64,000 bases of DNA from Armatimonadota bacterium (GCA_041690135.1 JAWLHY010000015.1:64001-128000); one strand, 5' to 3'; shown: positions 38,405 to 49,013, counted from the stretch's first letter. The notes: generated by a model not told the origin, from the sequence alone. Made by a program: numbers and translations.

Positions 38405-39919
38405 CTAAAGCGGCGGTCGTGCTGCCTTCCATCCCCCGGCCAGCAGGCTCTTCAGGTCCGCGCGGAGCTTCCGGTGTTCCGGCGCCTCCGCCAGGTTCCG
38501 CCACTCGTGGGGGTCGCGGCGGTAGTCATACAATTGGGCGCTGCCGTCCGGCCATTCGGTGTAGCGGTAACGCTCCGTGCGGACCGAGCGGCCAAACTGG
38601 CCGGACTTGCGGAGCACGGAGAAGGCGCCCCGCTTCCAACGCCGCCGGGGGTCCTCCAGCAGCGGAACCAGACTCTCTCCCTCCAGGCCTGCGGCCGGCC
38701 GCAATCCACAGAGATCGGAGAGGGTGGGGTACAGGTCGACCAGTTCCGCCAGGCGGGGGCTGGACTTGCCCCGGACCTTTCCGGGCGCCGCGACGATCAT
38801 CGGGACCCGCGCCGAGGCCTCGAACAGGCTGACCTTACCCCACATACCGCCGTGTTCGCCCAGGTGCCAGCCATGATCGCTGGTGAAGACGACCACGGTG
38901 TCTTCCCAGGCCTTCAGCCGGTCGAGATGATCCAGCAGAACTCCCACCTGCGCATCCATAAAAGAGACACAGGCATAGTAGGCGGCGACCGCTTCCCGCC
39001 GCTCGGTGTCGGACAGCGGTCGGTCGGTCGGTTTGTAGGTGAGGGCGACCTGTGGGATTCCCTGGAGGTGCGCCGGAGGCTCGGACAGCGGAGGCACGCG
39101 GCCGGCGGAGTGCATGTCGAAATACCGCCGCGGCGCCGTCCACAGCAGATGAGGCTTCCGGAAACCTGCGGCGATAAAGAAGGGCTTACCGGCAGCCTTC
39201 GCCTTCCGCATCAATTCCGCCGCGCGCCGCGCGACGATCGCTTCGCTGGTTTCCGCTTCCGGGGTGTTCAGGATCGACCACTCCAGCCAGTAGTCCGCCA
39301 CCGGACGGCTGCGGGGCTGGATACAGCGCTGTCGCAGGATCTCTCGCTCTCGCTCCGGATCGTCTTCCTCGCGGGTTGAGGCGTACGCCCCTCCGTAACC
39401 GTCCGGATCACCGGGGGTGGTGCCCCGCTCGGACACGTCCCAGCAGGCCGGATCGTCCAGGTCTTCGCCCGGCTTCCCCCCGAAGATGCTGGGATGATGG
39501 AAGAGCTTCCCTACCCGCGCCGTAAAGTAGCCCTGGTTCCGAAAGTGCTGCGGCAGGAACACCGCCGTCTTCATCATCGCGCGCGGACGATGTCCGTTTC
39601 CGGTGACCCCCGTGCTCTCCGCTCGAAGCCCGCTGAGAAGGGAAGCGCGACTGGGATTGCAGAGCGGATACTGGCAATAAGCGCGCTCAAAGCGAAGGCC
39701 GCGGCGAGCCAGCCGGTCGATGTTCGGGGTGCGCGCCAGCGGGTCTCCGTAGCAGCCCAGCGCCGTGTTCAGATCATCCGAGATGATGAACAGCACGTTC
39801 GGCCGACCGCTGCGCGCCGGCGCCGGCTCACCCGCGCTCGACCCGGCCGCGGCCCACGCAAGCACCGCCAGCAGCACCGCCGCCGCCCGCCAACCGAACC
39901 CAACTCCTCGCCACCCCAT
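38405..39919 (-). CDS. Sulfatase (iduronate/choline-sulfatase-like)
   Basis: PNVLFIISDD, CNPSRASLLSG, GKLFH, SDHGWHLGEH. Confidence 0.93.
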   Translation of the reverse strand: MGWRGVGFGWRAAAVLLAVLAWAAAGSSAGEPAPARSGRPNVLFIISDDLNTALGCYGDPLARTPNIDRLARRGLRFERAYCQYPLCNPSRASLLSGLRAESTGVTGNGHRPRAMMKTAVFLPQHFRNQGYFTARVGKLFHHPSIFGGKPGEDLDDPACWDVSERGTTPGDPDGYGGAYASTREEDDPEREREILRQRCIQPRSRPVADYWLEWSILNTPEAETSEAIVARRAAELMRKAKAAGKPFFIAAGFRKPHLLWTAPRRYFDMHSAGRVPPLSEPPAHLQGIPQVALTYKPTDRPLSDTERREAVAAYYACVSFMDAQVGVLLDHLDRLKAWEDTVVVFTSDHGWHLGEHGGMWGKVSLFEASARVPMIVAAPGKVRGKSSPRLAELVDLYPTLSDLCGLRPAAGLEGESLVPLLEDPRRRWKRGAFSVLRKSGQFGRSVRTERYRYTEWPDGSAQLYDYRRDPHEWRNLAEAPEHRKLRADLKSLLAGGWKAARPPL

Positions 39920-40064
39920 GCCGCCCTCCCCATCCGCACCTGACACATCAGCCCAAGCCAGCCCGCATCAATAGACCCGGCCCATCCGCCGCTACCCGCC
40001 GGCTCCCAGTCCAGGTTACAGGCCGTTCACCAGTCTCACTCTTCATCGACCTGCACAATCTGCG

Positions 40065-41591
40065 TCATCTGCGGACTAGAACCCTTTCCACTTTGCGACT
40101 TTGCGCACTTCTTCGGGGCGTAAACCTTTGCGAGAGATTCCTTCGTCCCCTTGGCGCTTTGGCGCGAGACTCCCTCACATCTGCCCGGAATCGGTCGCAC
40201 AGCGCCGTCAGGCGCCGGACCACTTCCGGGTGCTGCGCGGCGACGTTCCGCTGCTCGGCGGGGTCCGTCTCCAGGTCGAAGAGCGAGGGGGGCGTTCCGG
40301 GATCTCCGGTCATCACGCCCGGAAACTGGCTGGGATGGGGCTGCTCGAACGGGGCGAGGATACGCACGCCATCCGGCCCCCGCGGGTCGATCCACGTTTC
40401 TTCCGGCTTCCACACCCTTTCCTTCGCGGGACCGGGCGGCGTGACATACAGCTTCCACTTGCCGCTCCGCACGCCACACACCTGCGGACCCCGCAGGCAG
40501 AACAGCGCCTCGTGAGGCGACTTCTCACCCTTCTCCAGGACCGGCAGCAGGTTCTTGCCATCGAGCATTACGCCAGCGGGTGGTTCTATGCCGGCGGCGG
40601 CCAGGGCGGTGGGGAAGAGATCCATGATGATTCCGGGGGCGTCGCTCACCCGGCCCGCCGGAATCCGGCCGGGGAAGCGGGCGATCATCGGCACGCGTAT
40701 GCCGCCCTCCCAGGCCTGGCCCTTCATCCCACGCAGCCCGCCGGTACTGCCGCCGTACCAGGGCCCATTATCGCTGGCGAAAACCACCAGCGTATTACGC
40801 TCCAGCCCGGTCGCCTTCAGCCGGTCCAGCACCTGGCCCACGCTCCAGTCCAACTCGGCGAGGGTGTCGCCGTAGAGGCCCGTGCCCGTCTTGCCGTAAA
40901 ACTGCTGGGAAGGGGCCAGCGGCTTGTGCGGCATCGGCTGGGGGAAGTAGAGGAAAAAAGGCCGCTTGCGGTTCCGGTCGATGAACTTCAGAGCGCGCTC
41001 CGTCAACCGCCGGGTCATCGTGGTCTGGACCACGGGATATTCGGCCATGCGGTCGTTGTCCCACAGCTCCACCGGGTGCATGTCGTTCGAGTAGAGCACG
41101 CCCATGTACTCGTCGAAGCCCCGCTTCCGCGGTCGAAACTGCGGCTGGTGGCCCAGGTGCCATTTCCCGAAGGCTCCCGTGCGGTACCCGGCCTTGCGGA
41201 AGAGATCGGCCAGCGTCACTTCGGTAGTCGGCAGCCCCAGGTGATCGGCGTTCTTCACCTGGGGGTCGCCGCTGGGGAATGGGTTGCCGACCAGCCCGCA
41301 GCGGTTGGGGTAGCGACCCGTGAGGAGGGAAGCACGGGAGGGGGCGCAGTACGGCACGGGCACGTAGAACTGGGTCAGCCGCATACCCTCCGCGGCCAGG
41401 CGGTCGATGTTGGGAGTCTTGAACTTCGGGTGGCCGTAGCAGCCCAGGTCGCCCCGGCCCAGGTCGTCCGCGAACAGGATCACCACGTTGGGCCGCCGCC
41501 CGGACCCGGCCCCGGCATCCCGCGCCGACCCGGCGACAAGCCCCAGTGCGGCCAACAGGGCGATGAACGGCAAGAACAAGCGCTTGAACAT
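40065..41591 (-). CDS. Arylsulfatase-type sulfatase
   Basis: PNVVILFADD, CAPSRASLLTGR, GKWHLG, SDNG; signal peptide from MFKRLFL. Confidence 0.93.
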   Translation of the reverse strand: MFKRLFLPFIALLAALGLVAGSARDAGAGSGRRPNVVILFADDLGRGDLGCYGHPKFKTPNIDRLAAEGMRLTQFYVPVPYCAPSRASLLTGRYPNRCGLVGNPFPSGDPQVKNADHLGLPTTEVTLADLFRKAGYRTGAFGKWHLGHQPQFRPRKRGFDEYMGVLYSNDMHPVELWDNDRMAEYPVVQTTMTRRLTERALKFIDRNRKRPFFLYFPQPMPHKPLAPSQQFYGKTGTGLYGDTLAELDWSVGQVLDRLKATGLERNTLVVFASDNGPWYGGSTGGLRGMKGQAWEGGIRVPMIARFPGRIPAGRVSDAPGIIMDLFPTALAAAGIEPPAGVMLDGKNLLPVLEKGEKSPHEALFCLRGPQVCGVRSGKWKLYVTPPGPAKERVWKPEETWIDPRGPDGVRILAPFEQPHPSQFPGVMTGDPGTPPSLFDLETDPAEQRNVAAQHPEVVRRLTALCDRFRADVRESRAKAPRGRRNLSQRFTPRRSAQSRKVERVLVRR

Positions 41592-41825
41592 ACCGCCCGG
41601 TTCCCCCGTCTCGCCTCGGATCCCTGCCTGTGCCTGCGGCCGACGAGGATGAAGACAACGAAAAGGAAGGGCAGGCGAGGAACAGAACCGTTCGATCGGG
41701 AACAATCGGGGAAGCTCCGCAACTCGCCTTCGCTTTCTTCCTCTTGGTGTTCCTGGTGTCTTGGCGGTTAGTTTAGGTCGTGGCTAGGGCGCGCGGCGTC
41801 CCACTGTGGGGCTACACCCTGATGA

Positions 41826-42119
41826 TCAGGCGGCGATCTCGAGCAGCCCTTCCTGGCGCATCTGGGTGAGGAGCGCCTGGAGATCCGCAAGGCACTGATC
41901 CGCCGTCACTTCGTACTCCGCAACCAGGGCGTCCTGGATCTGCGCCACGCTGATGGGGGATTGAACGAGCTGCCAGATGCGCGTGCCCACCGGATCGAGG
42001 CCGTAATACTCGCCGCGCTCCATTCCCAGGATCACCGCCTCGCCGTCCACTTCCGCCGACACCTGCTGCTGGCTGGCGACCACCACCGTCTCCGGCCTGA
42101 AATCGTCACTCATCGGCAT
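41826..42119 (-). CDS. PqqD family / RiPP recognition element protein
   Basis: VDGEAVILGMERGEYYGLDPVGTRIWQL...YEVTADQC...L...GLL. Confidence 0.88.
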   Translation of the reverse strand: MPMSDDFRPETVVVASQQQVSAEVDGEAVILGMERGEYYGLDPVGTRIWQLVQSPISVAQIQDALVAEYEVTADQCLADLQALLTQMRQEGLLEIAA

Positions 42120-42690
42120 TCCTCACGTCGTCGCGTTCGTAGTACGCTCTCCAGCCCTGCAACCGGCGCAGAACCTCCGCCACCGGGATTCCCAGGTCTT
42201 CTTTCGGATAGAGGAAATCCCATTCCCCATAGGGCTCCATCGTACGCAGCCATTCTCGCTGTTGCGGCGTGCCCAGGTGGGATTCCAGCACCCGGCCTCG
42301 ATCGTGGACCCGCACCCCCAGGCCTCCGCCGACGGCCTCTCCTGTCTGCTTCATGTTGTCCCAACCGAGCACGTAAGTTCCCAGGGATTCGGTCACTTCC
42401 AGTCCGTCCGCCGTGAACCGGTAGAAACGCCGGTTGGCGTTCGTCGTGGCGTAGGCGACCATCGCCAACACAAGAGCCAGCAGCACCGCAAAGGCAGGAA
42501 GAGACGCGGGCGGCAGTCCCCACGACTGTAGCAGCGATCCCACGGGCGAGGTGGGGCGCGCCAGTGAGGCCCCGATCATCCAGGCAACAGCCCCACCCAG
42601 GACGGCGAGAATCAGCGCTCCCCGCGCCTCCTGCGCGGGAGTACGGCCGAAGGAGACGGGAAGATCGGGTGGCTCAGGGCTCATACTCAC
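42106..42690 (-). CDS. Hypothetical membrane protein (2 TM + PH-like region)
   Basis: Two hydrophobic segments, then YRFTADGLEV...LGWD; overlaps both neighbours. Confidence 0.7.
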   Translation of the reverse strand: MSMSPEPPDLPVSFGRTPAQEARGALILAVLGGAVAWMIGASLARPTSPVGSLLQSWGLPPASLPAFAVLLALVLAMVAYATTNANRRFYRFTADGLEVTESLGTYVLGWDNMKQTGEAVGGGLGVRVHDRGRVLESHLGTPQQREWLRTMEPYGEWDFLYPKEDLGIPVAEVLRRLQGWRAYYERDDVRNADE

Positions 42691-43072
42691 CGATACAGGT
42701 CAGGACCCCCTCGCCGCAGGCGGGGCACGGCTCCTCATCCAGCTCCACCCGCAGGGTTTCGCCGCACTCCGGACAGGGACCGCTCTCCGCGCCCGTCAGG
42801 CCCCGGGCTTCCGCCGCGAGGAACGCCTGGACCGGGTGCTCCGCGGGCTCGTCCAGTTCCACCAGCACGTGCATGCGCGATTCCCGGCAGCGCGGGCACC
42901 AGAGTTGGCTCCATAGCCCCGAGACGCGGCGCGGCGGCCACTCCACAAGGTCGGGATTGGGGTATTCGTAATCGCGCCGCTCGCCCGTTCGCGTCTTCTC
43001 GAACTCTCGAGAGAGCGAGATCTCCACGTCGAACGGGCACTGATCACATTGGTAGACGTAAACGTAGGGCAT
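42674..43072 (-). CDS. Zinc-ribbon protein (four CxxC)
   Basis: CDQC, CPRC, CPEC, CPAC. Confidence 0.75.
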   Translation of the reverse strand: MPYVYVYQCDQCPFDVEISLSREFEKTRTGERRDYEYPNPDLVEWPPRRVSGLWSQLWCPRCRESRMHVLVELDEPAEHPVQAFLAAEARGLTGAESGPCPECGETLRVELDEEPCPACGEGVLTCIGEYEP

Positions 43073-43252
43073 GGCTGCGGATAGTTTATAGCCGATTCTG
43101 GCCGGCTGCATCCGGGAGCATCGGTCCCGACGCAGATGCGACCGATACTATACGTCTGACCGAAAAGCCAATGGACGCTGCCCACACCAGGCGGGTAATA
43201 TAGGCGCATCGCCTATGCGCATTCTTCGGAAGTATAAACGGGGAAGAACACG

Positions 43253-43486
43253 ATGCCAGTAGTGAAGATGAACCTGACGCTCGAGCCCGCAATTGCCGAG
43301 CAAATGCGAGCGCGGGCGCACGAGCAGTCCAAACCCGTGAGCCGCTACGTTGCCGACCTGGTAGCGGCCGACGTCCGACGTCGCCAGAATGAGTTGGCGG
43401 CGGAAGGATACCGGCAACTGGCCGCCGATTCGGCAGAGTTCGCTGAAGCAGCGTTGCCCCTGGGAACGGAGAACTGGCCGGACTAA
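43253..43486 (+). CDS. RHH antitoxin (MazE/NdoAI-like)
   Basis: KMNLTL...SRYVADLV...LAAEGY; immediately upstream of the toxin. Confidence 0.82.
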   Translation: MPVVKMNLTLEPAIAEQMRARAHEQSKPVSRYVADLVAADVRRRQNELAAEGYRQLAADSAEFAEAALPLGTENWPD

Positions 43487-43495
43487 GGGGGGATA

Positions 43496-43852
43496 ATGAT
43501 GCCGGTGAAGCGCGGAGACATTTACTGGGTCAACTTCGACCCCAGGCGCGGATCGGAGCAGGGTGGGGTGCGACCCGCTCTGGTCGTACAGAACGATGTT
43601 GGCAATGAGCACTCGCCGACTACTGTGGTAGTGGCCATCAGCAGCGCCCCCTTGCAGAGGCCCTATCCCTTTGTCGTGCCGCTGGATCCGGGCGAAGGCG
43701 GGCTCAACCGAGCAAGTCACGTCAATTGCGCACATATCCTGACGGTATCGCAGGAGCGGCTTGGGAAGCGGATTGGCGTACTCGATGCCCAACGTATGGA
43801 AGAGGTCACCGCCGCGCTGCACTATGAACTTGGTCCTTCACGGACGTTATAA
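43496..43852 (+). CDS. mazF: MazF/PemK family endoribonuclease toxin
   Basis: KRGDIYWV.FDP..GSEQGGVRPALVVQNDVGN. Confidence 0.95.
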   Translation: MMPVKRGDIYWVNFDPRRGSEQGGVRPALVVQNDVGNEHSPTTVVVAISSAPLQRPYPFVVPLDPGEGGLNRASHVNCAHILTVSQERLGKRIGVLDAQRMEEVTAALHYELGPSRTL

Positions 43853-43875
43853 CAGCGGAGAAGGAGGAACCGGAT

Positions 43876-44799
43876 TTGTCGGATAGTACCTGCGCAATCG
43901 GAGTCGACCTGGGCGGCACCAATCTTCGCTGGGCCGTGGTTACGCCCGCGGGAGAACGCCTCTACCAGAGCCGCCACGAGCGGCCGCACAGCGAAGCAGA
44001 AATCCTGGAGGCTATCCGGGCCGGCGTGGCGGAGTGCCTGGAGCGCTACCCCGGCGCCTGCGGGGTCGGCGTGGCCGTACCGGGGATCGTCACCCCCGCG
44101 GGCGTCACCTCGACCAACCTGGGCTGGAACCTGCTGGATGTGCAGGGCAAGCTCAAGGACCTGCCGATTCCGCTGCTGCTGCTGAATGACATGGCCGCCG
44201 GTGCGGTGGGGGAACTACACTTCGGCCGGGCACGCGGCTTCAAGAACGTGATCTTCGTCACCGTCTCGACCGGTATCGGCGGAGGGATTATCCTGAACGG
44301 CGACGTCTACCGCGGCGCAAACGGCCTGGCGGGGGAGGTGGGACACACCGTGGTCGACCTCAACGGCCTGCTCTGTGGCTGCGGCCGGCGCGGCTGTTGG
44401 GAGATGATCGCCTCCGGCACGGCCCATCGCCGCCGGATCCGGGAGGCCTACCAGAGTGGTACCTGGCCCAACCTGGACCACGAGCCCACCCCCGCGGAAG
44501 TAACCGACCGCGCCCGGAACGGCGACCGCGCGGCACGCGCCCTGCTGCTGCGGACGGCCCGTTACCTCGGCATCGGCGTGTCGAACCTGGCCAACCTCTA
44601 CGACCCCGAAGCCGTCATCTTCACCGGCGGTTTCGCCCGCAACAACTGGGATATCATCCACGCTTACCTGCTGCAGGAAGTCCGCGACCAGGCCTTCAGC
44701 CAGTCGGTCCAACTCCTGCTGACGGAATTGGGAGACGACGCCGGCCTCATGGGAGCCGCGGCCCTCAGCCTCCGCCAGCACGGCCCGGGGATTGCGTGA
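43876..44799 (+). CDS. ROK family sugar kinase
   Basis: GVDLGGT, NDMAA, STGIGGG, GEVGH, CGCGRRGCWE. Confidence 0.93.
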   Translation: MSDSTCAIGVDLGGTNLRWAVVTPAGERLYQSRHERPHSEAEILEAIRAGVAECLERYPGACGVGVAVPGIVTPAGVTSTNLGWNLLDVQGKLKDLPIPLLLLNDMAAGAVGELHFGRARGFKNVIFVTVSTGIGGGIILNGDVYRGANGLAGEVGHTVVDLNGLLCGCGRRGCWEMIASGTAHRRRIREAYQSGTWPNLDHEPTPAEVTDRARNGDRAARALLLRTARYLGIGVSNLANLYDPEAVIFTGGFARNNWDIIHAYLLQEVRDQAFSQSVQLLLTELGDDAGLMGAAALSLRQHGPGIA

Positions 44800-45294
44800 G
44801 GCGCATCGTTCGTGCACGGCGGGTGCGTGGGCTTTGCGGCTGCCTCGTGCGGAGTGGGCGAGATGCGTAATGCGTAATGCGTAGTATTCGCGCGAGGTCA
44901 GTGTGCCGTGACAGGATTCCCGCCACGATCGTGATGCGAAGGCGTGAAACGTAAGCCGCGGGGCACGACAACGACAGGTTTGGCGCTGAGCGGTAACCGC
45001 CCCATTGCTTCGGGATAAGTTTGAACGCAGAACAGCCACCGGGTTACCGGTGGCTGTTCTGTCTTTCACTCCTGCGGAAGCCTATGGAAGCCGAACCTGC
45101 CTCCGGTAATCCAACCCCTGCCTGGCCCCAGACTTCACGTTTCACGCATTACGCAAAGAAGCCGCCCGAGGTAGACCCGCTGCCCCTGCACCTACCTCGC
45201 ACGTGGGCTTACGCATCATGCCCCACGCATCACGTTCGCCTCGCACGCAGCAGCCGTGATGCCCTCGAAGACCACCCCGCACGAAAACCCAGCA

Positions 45295-46455
45295 TCAATC
45301 CTCCAGCGCCTGCTGGATCGGATCGTTGGCCAGGGGCGAGATGATCTGCAAAGCTTGCAGCGAGCGGAACAGTTCCTGCCCGGCCTGCGCCGTGATCGTG
45401 CGGATCTCCGATGCTCGGGGATTCTCCATGCGCTTGAGGAGACGCACCGCCTCGGCCAATGACGCCAGGGTCTCCAGCAAGTTCTGCTCGGTGCCGAACG
45501 GAATCTCCACCGTGTGGCCGGCGCCCTGGAGTGCCTGGATAAAATCTGGCTCTTCCTGCTGGAACAGGAATCCGAGATCTTCTCCCCCTTCGGGCGTGAA
45601 GGTAGATCGCGCCTCCGGCTGCGCGACTGCTTCCACCGCCGTTCCGCTGACCTCGCGCTCCAGGATCCGCAGCGCCTTGGAGATCGCCTGGTAGAGCGGC
45701 GTCTCCTGCATGTCCTTGTCGGAGGAAACCCCGTAGTCTTCCCGGCTCGTTCCGTAGAACATCGGGTCGGTGGTCGCGTAATTCACGAACATCAACGCGA
45801 TGAACTTCTGGAAGACCTGGCTGTCGAAAGTGTACTTGTTCGCGTAGTTCTCCGGATTCGTCACGGAATCCAGCACGTCGTCGAACACCCTACCGATGAA
45901 CGGCCGCGGCGGCATCCCACCGATCTGCGCCATGGCATGCTGCGGCAGGAACTGATAATGGAACATCGGGTCCGGCTGGCCGCCCCGGCCGGCCCCGGTC
46001 CGCGCTACGGACTCGAACACGTCCACTTTCATCATGTTGTCCAGGGTCCGGCGGATGGTCCCCTTGGTGCACATGTGAACGATGTGGTCCTTGAACTCCT
46101 GGAGTTCGGTTCCCAGGAAGTGCGCCTGTCCGGAGGTGAGGCGGTCGCGCAGTTCTTCCAGCCGACGCACGAGATTACCCCGGGCATCGTCGATGATTCC
46201 CATCAACTCGGTGCGCAGTTCGTCATCGTCGGGGAAGACGTCGATGGTCTCGAATGTCGTCCGGATGACGGCAAAGTCATTGAGGCCGTCCTCCAGGCAC
46301 GGGTAAGCGATACCCAGAGGAATGTCGGGCGGGAACTCGGCGATGGCGTCCGCGTTCTTGAACCCGCTGTCCGGATCGACAAGCGCGTAAAAACGGTTAT
46401 TGGTCCGCAGGCTTTTGAGGAGAACGACCTGTCGGTTATCCACAGCAATACTCAT
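45295..46455 (-). CDS. Hypothetical protein
   Basis: 386-aa ORF with protein-like composition and host-like codon usage; no recognised motif. Confidence 0.8.
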   Translation of the reverse strand: MSIAVDNRQVVLLKSLRTNNRFYALVDPDSGFKNADAIAEFPPDIPLGIAYPCLEDGLNDFAVIRTTFETIDVFPDDDELRTELMGIIDDARGNLVRRLEELRDRLTSGQAHFLGTELQEFKDHIVHMCTKGTIRRTLDNMMKVDVFESVARTGAGRGGQPDPMFHYQFLPQHAMAQIGGMPPRPFIGRVFDDVLDSVTNPENYANKYTFDSQVFQKFIALMFVNYATTDPMFYGTSREDYGVSSDKDMQETPLYQAISKALRILEREVSGTAVEAVAQPEARSTFTPEGGEDLGFLFQQEEPDFIQALQGAGHTVEIPFGTEQNLLETLASLAEAVRLLKRMENPRASEIRTITAQAGQELFRSLQALQIISPLANDPIQQALED

Positions 46456-46826
46456 TTAGTGGACCCTGAAAGGGTCGGGCGGGGCACTGGAAAGCACACA
46501 AGCGCAACGAGACAGGGAGCCACCGCCCCTGTCCCTCGCGCCAGCACATGAATTATACGTACCAGCAGGCTTTCCTCCCCACAAGACCCGATCTCTCGGC
46601 CGCCAGCCGAGCGTTGCGCCTTCGACGGCGGACAGGGTGGAACGAAAGCGGCAACTAACTAATACCCCGAATATGGGGTCGAAACGTCAAACTCTTCTAC
46701 GCAGCGCAACCCAGCGGCAATTCCTGTGCTACATGCTGACATTTTGGTTCGCCTGCTGGAGACTAGAGAGTAGATCGCTGTACAGTCATCCCCGTCGAGA
46801 GATTTAAGCCCCAGCAGGAGCTGCTC

Positions 46827-47423
46827 GTGACCAACCGCGACCTGTATCTCTTCCTGGCCAGTATTTGCGATTCCCCGGCTTTTCGGGAACGGCCGCTGGA
46901 CGAGTATCTCCTCGCGCTGTGGCGGCTCACTCAACCCCACCGCGATTCCGAGCCTGTATCGCCTGGAGACTTCCGGCACCTCCTGGAACTCGCGTTCACG
47001 GCCGAGGTCCCGCCTTACCCCGAGGAATGGCGCCACCGGGCCGAAGCGGGGGATTCTCCTGGCTACGCGGGCTGGGAGGCGGTGCTGGCGGAACAGGTGA
47101 CCGACCTCCGTGAAATGGCCGCAAGCGGTGCTCTGGAGAACCCTCACCGCTATTTCGGCCTACAGTCTCCCCGGCGCCATTCGTGGTACAACTTCGACGC
47201 GGCCACCTACCTCGAATGCGCCGCCGCCGGCACCTTCGGCGCCTGGATACCGGCGGACGACCTGGATTCCGAATCCACTCCGCCACCCACGTTCCCGCCG
47301 CGCCCGGATACCCCGCCGGTAGAGAACGATTACCAAACCCTCCGGCGCTCCATCCACACCCTCACCACCATCCCCTGGGACCTATTCCGGGGCTTTCTCC
47401 GTGCGGGCCAGTGGTATGAATGA
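46827..47423 (+). CDS. Hypothetical protein (immunity-protein-like)
   Basis: AGGAG SD and GTG start; LDEYLLALW, WYNFD..TYLECA, ends GQWYE. Confidence 0.7.
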   Translation: MTNRDLYLFLASICDSPAFRERPLDEYLLALWRLTQPHRDSEPVSPGDFRHLLELAFTAEVPPYPEEWRHRAEAGDSPGYAGWEAVLAEQVTDLREMAASGALENPHRYFGLQSPRRHSWYNFDAATYLECAAAGTFGAWIPADDLDSESTPPPTFPPRPDTPPVENDYQTLRRSIHTLTTIPWDLFRGFLRAGQWYE

Positions 47424-47919
47424 TCCAATCACTGGCAAGCGTACCCGCCTTGCCTCAACTTCCGCAGCCTTCGCTCGGGAACTGTTCGCACGCCATCCCG
47501 ACTGGCGCGCTTATGCTGCAGCCTACGACCTCGAAGTCGAGGGCTACCTGGAGCGGCACCTGGAACTGCGGATTCCGGCCGCCCATCCTTACGTGCAGGA
47601 CCCACTGCGGGTGCAGGTCAAGCCGCGCGAGGTGTACCTCGAATGGGCCGGCTGGCACGATCACGTGTTCTGGTGGGAAGGGGAGCCGCTCGCAACCTGT
47701 CTCCGTAGCGCCGTCGAAACCATTGAGCTTTGGATCTCGGACCGCTATCTCTTCGCCACCGTCTATGCGGGCGAACAGCGAGTCCGCGAATGGGGGACAC
47801 TCCTGGATCACGCAGATGCATTGCGGCTTCTGAATGAACCGATGGCCCCCGGAGAACGTACCCTCATCCGTTCCTGGCGTGGCACCCACGATCGTACTCT
47901 TGGGCAGGATTCAGCATAG
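47416..47919 (+). CDS. Hypothetical protein
   Basis: Overlaps the upstream stop; WHDH motif; ends RSWRGTHD. Confidence 0.65.
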   Translation: MNDPITGKRTRLASTSAAFARELFARHPDWRAYAAAYDLEVEGYLERHLELRIPAAHPYVQDPLRVQVKPREVYLEWAGWHDHVFWWEGEPLATCLRSAVETIELWISDRYLFATVYAGEQRVREWGTLLDHADALRLLNEPMAPGERTLIRSWRGTHDRTLGQDSA

Positions 47920-47953
47920 ATTCCGTGGTGCGCGGCATCGGAAGGTGACGCCC

Positions 47954-48490
47954 ATGACAACAGGAGCTGAATGGCCATCAAGCCCAACGATGGAGCGGGT
48001 GGCATTCTGGGGCCGTGCCCTCGTGCTGGCCGTACTCTTCCTCGGCGGCTGCCGGCTCCTGACCTCTCCGCGGGTGGAAACGGTTCCGGGCCCCGAGACG
48101 CCGGAGGTATTGACTCGCACTCGCGGACATTTGCTTCTGAGTGCGCCTCTGGGCGCGGTCGACTCCCTCTCACTGCCGGACGGCGAACGCCGCACCCTGC
48201 GCGCACCGTTGGAAGGCCGCAGCGACCCCACCGTGCACTCGCTCGGTGGTCCCGACAAGAAGGGGCGATATGTGCTCGTTGACGACTTCATGCACCAGGA
48301 GCAGCATGCCCTGCGGGTCATGAAACTCGACGGCAGCACTACGTCGATCCTCTTCCAGCGCCCGGGCGGAGCCCTCTGGCACGACTTCATTGGAGATCAC
48401 GTGGCACTTTCGCCTCGTCGCGGACAGGTTGCTTTCCTGTCTGGACTGCGATCGGTGCAGATGCGCAGAATGAAGCCGGCGGAGCGATAA
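47954..48490 (+). CDS. Hypothetical lipoprotein-like protein, possibly truncated
   Basis: VLAVLFLGGC lipobox-like segment; ends shortly after a propeller-like LSPRRGQVAF. Confidence 0.5.
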   Translation: MTTGAEWPSSPTMERVAFWGRALVLAVLFLGGCRLLTSPRVETVPGPETPEVLTRTRGHLLLSAPLGAVDSLSLPDGERRTLRAPLEGRSDPTVHSLGGPDKKGRYVLVDDFMHQEQHALRVMKLDGSTTSILFQRPGGALWHDFIGDHVALSPRRGQVAFLSGLRSVQMRRMKPAER

Positions 48491-48925
48491 ATGCCGCCAT
48501 CCTGGCACTGCTGTTATCCGGTTATGTCGTCGGCGGCGTGCTCTTCATCGCTGGGTCCAGGGCCTATCCCGTACCCGCAAGCTGGGTGCGCATCTCAAGG
48601 GGAGACCCACGGTGAGCGATCAATACACTCCCGATGTGGATCGATCGGACGTTGCTCCGGGTGGGATGTAATCCGGAGCAAGCCGAAGACCTCACCCAGG
48701 AGACGGAATGGATTAGGACGAGGATTAGGAAAATGAATCCAAGGACGCGGGTAATGACGACTTCCCTGACCAGGGGGCTGGCCACGTCGCTGTTGGGTGC
48801 TGGTTCAAGAGCGGTGAGCTTCGACAAGAGTCTCATCGGAACTGAGGAGTTACTGCAGATACACCGCTCCTCGCCATGACTACCGGTTTCATTGCCCGAA
48901 AGCCTGATTGCCCGAATGCCTGCCC

Positions 48926-49013
48926 GATGTCGTTGGTGAATTCTCCAGGATCGGCTGCAGCGCATACGTCCGTACGGGTTGCACTGCCCGCGATCGAATT
49001 TGCCAACAACATC
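48926..49013. repeat. Short copy of the 27708-27939 TIR element
   Basis: GATGTCGTTGGTGAATTC ... CGAATTTGCCAACAACATC. Confidence 0.7.

Noticed and set aside
36525-38504. 659-aa alternative-frame ORF
   Set aside because: G/P/A-rich off-frame product; the 598-aa frame has coherent TM segments.
41826-42119. Lasso peptide or PQQ biosynthetic cluster
   Set aside because: No cyclase, protease, radical SAM or precursor genes nearby.
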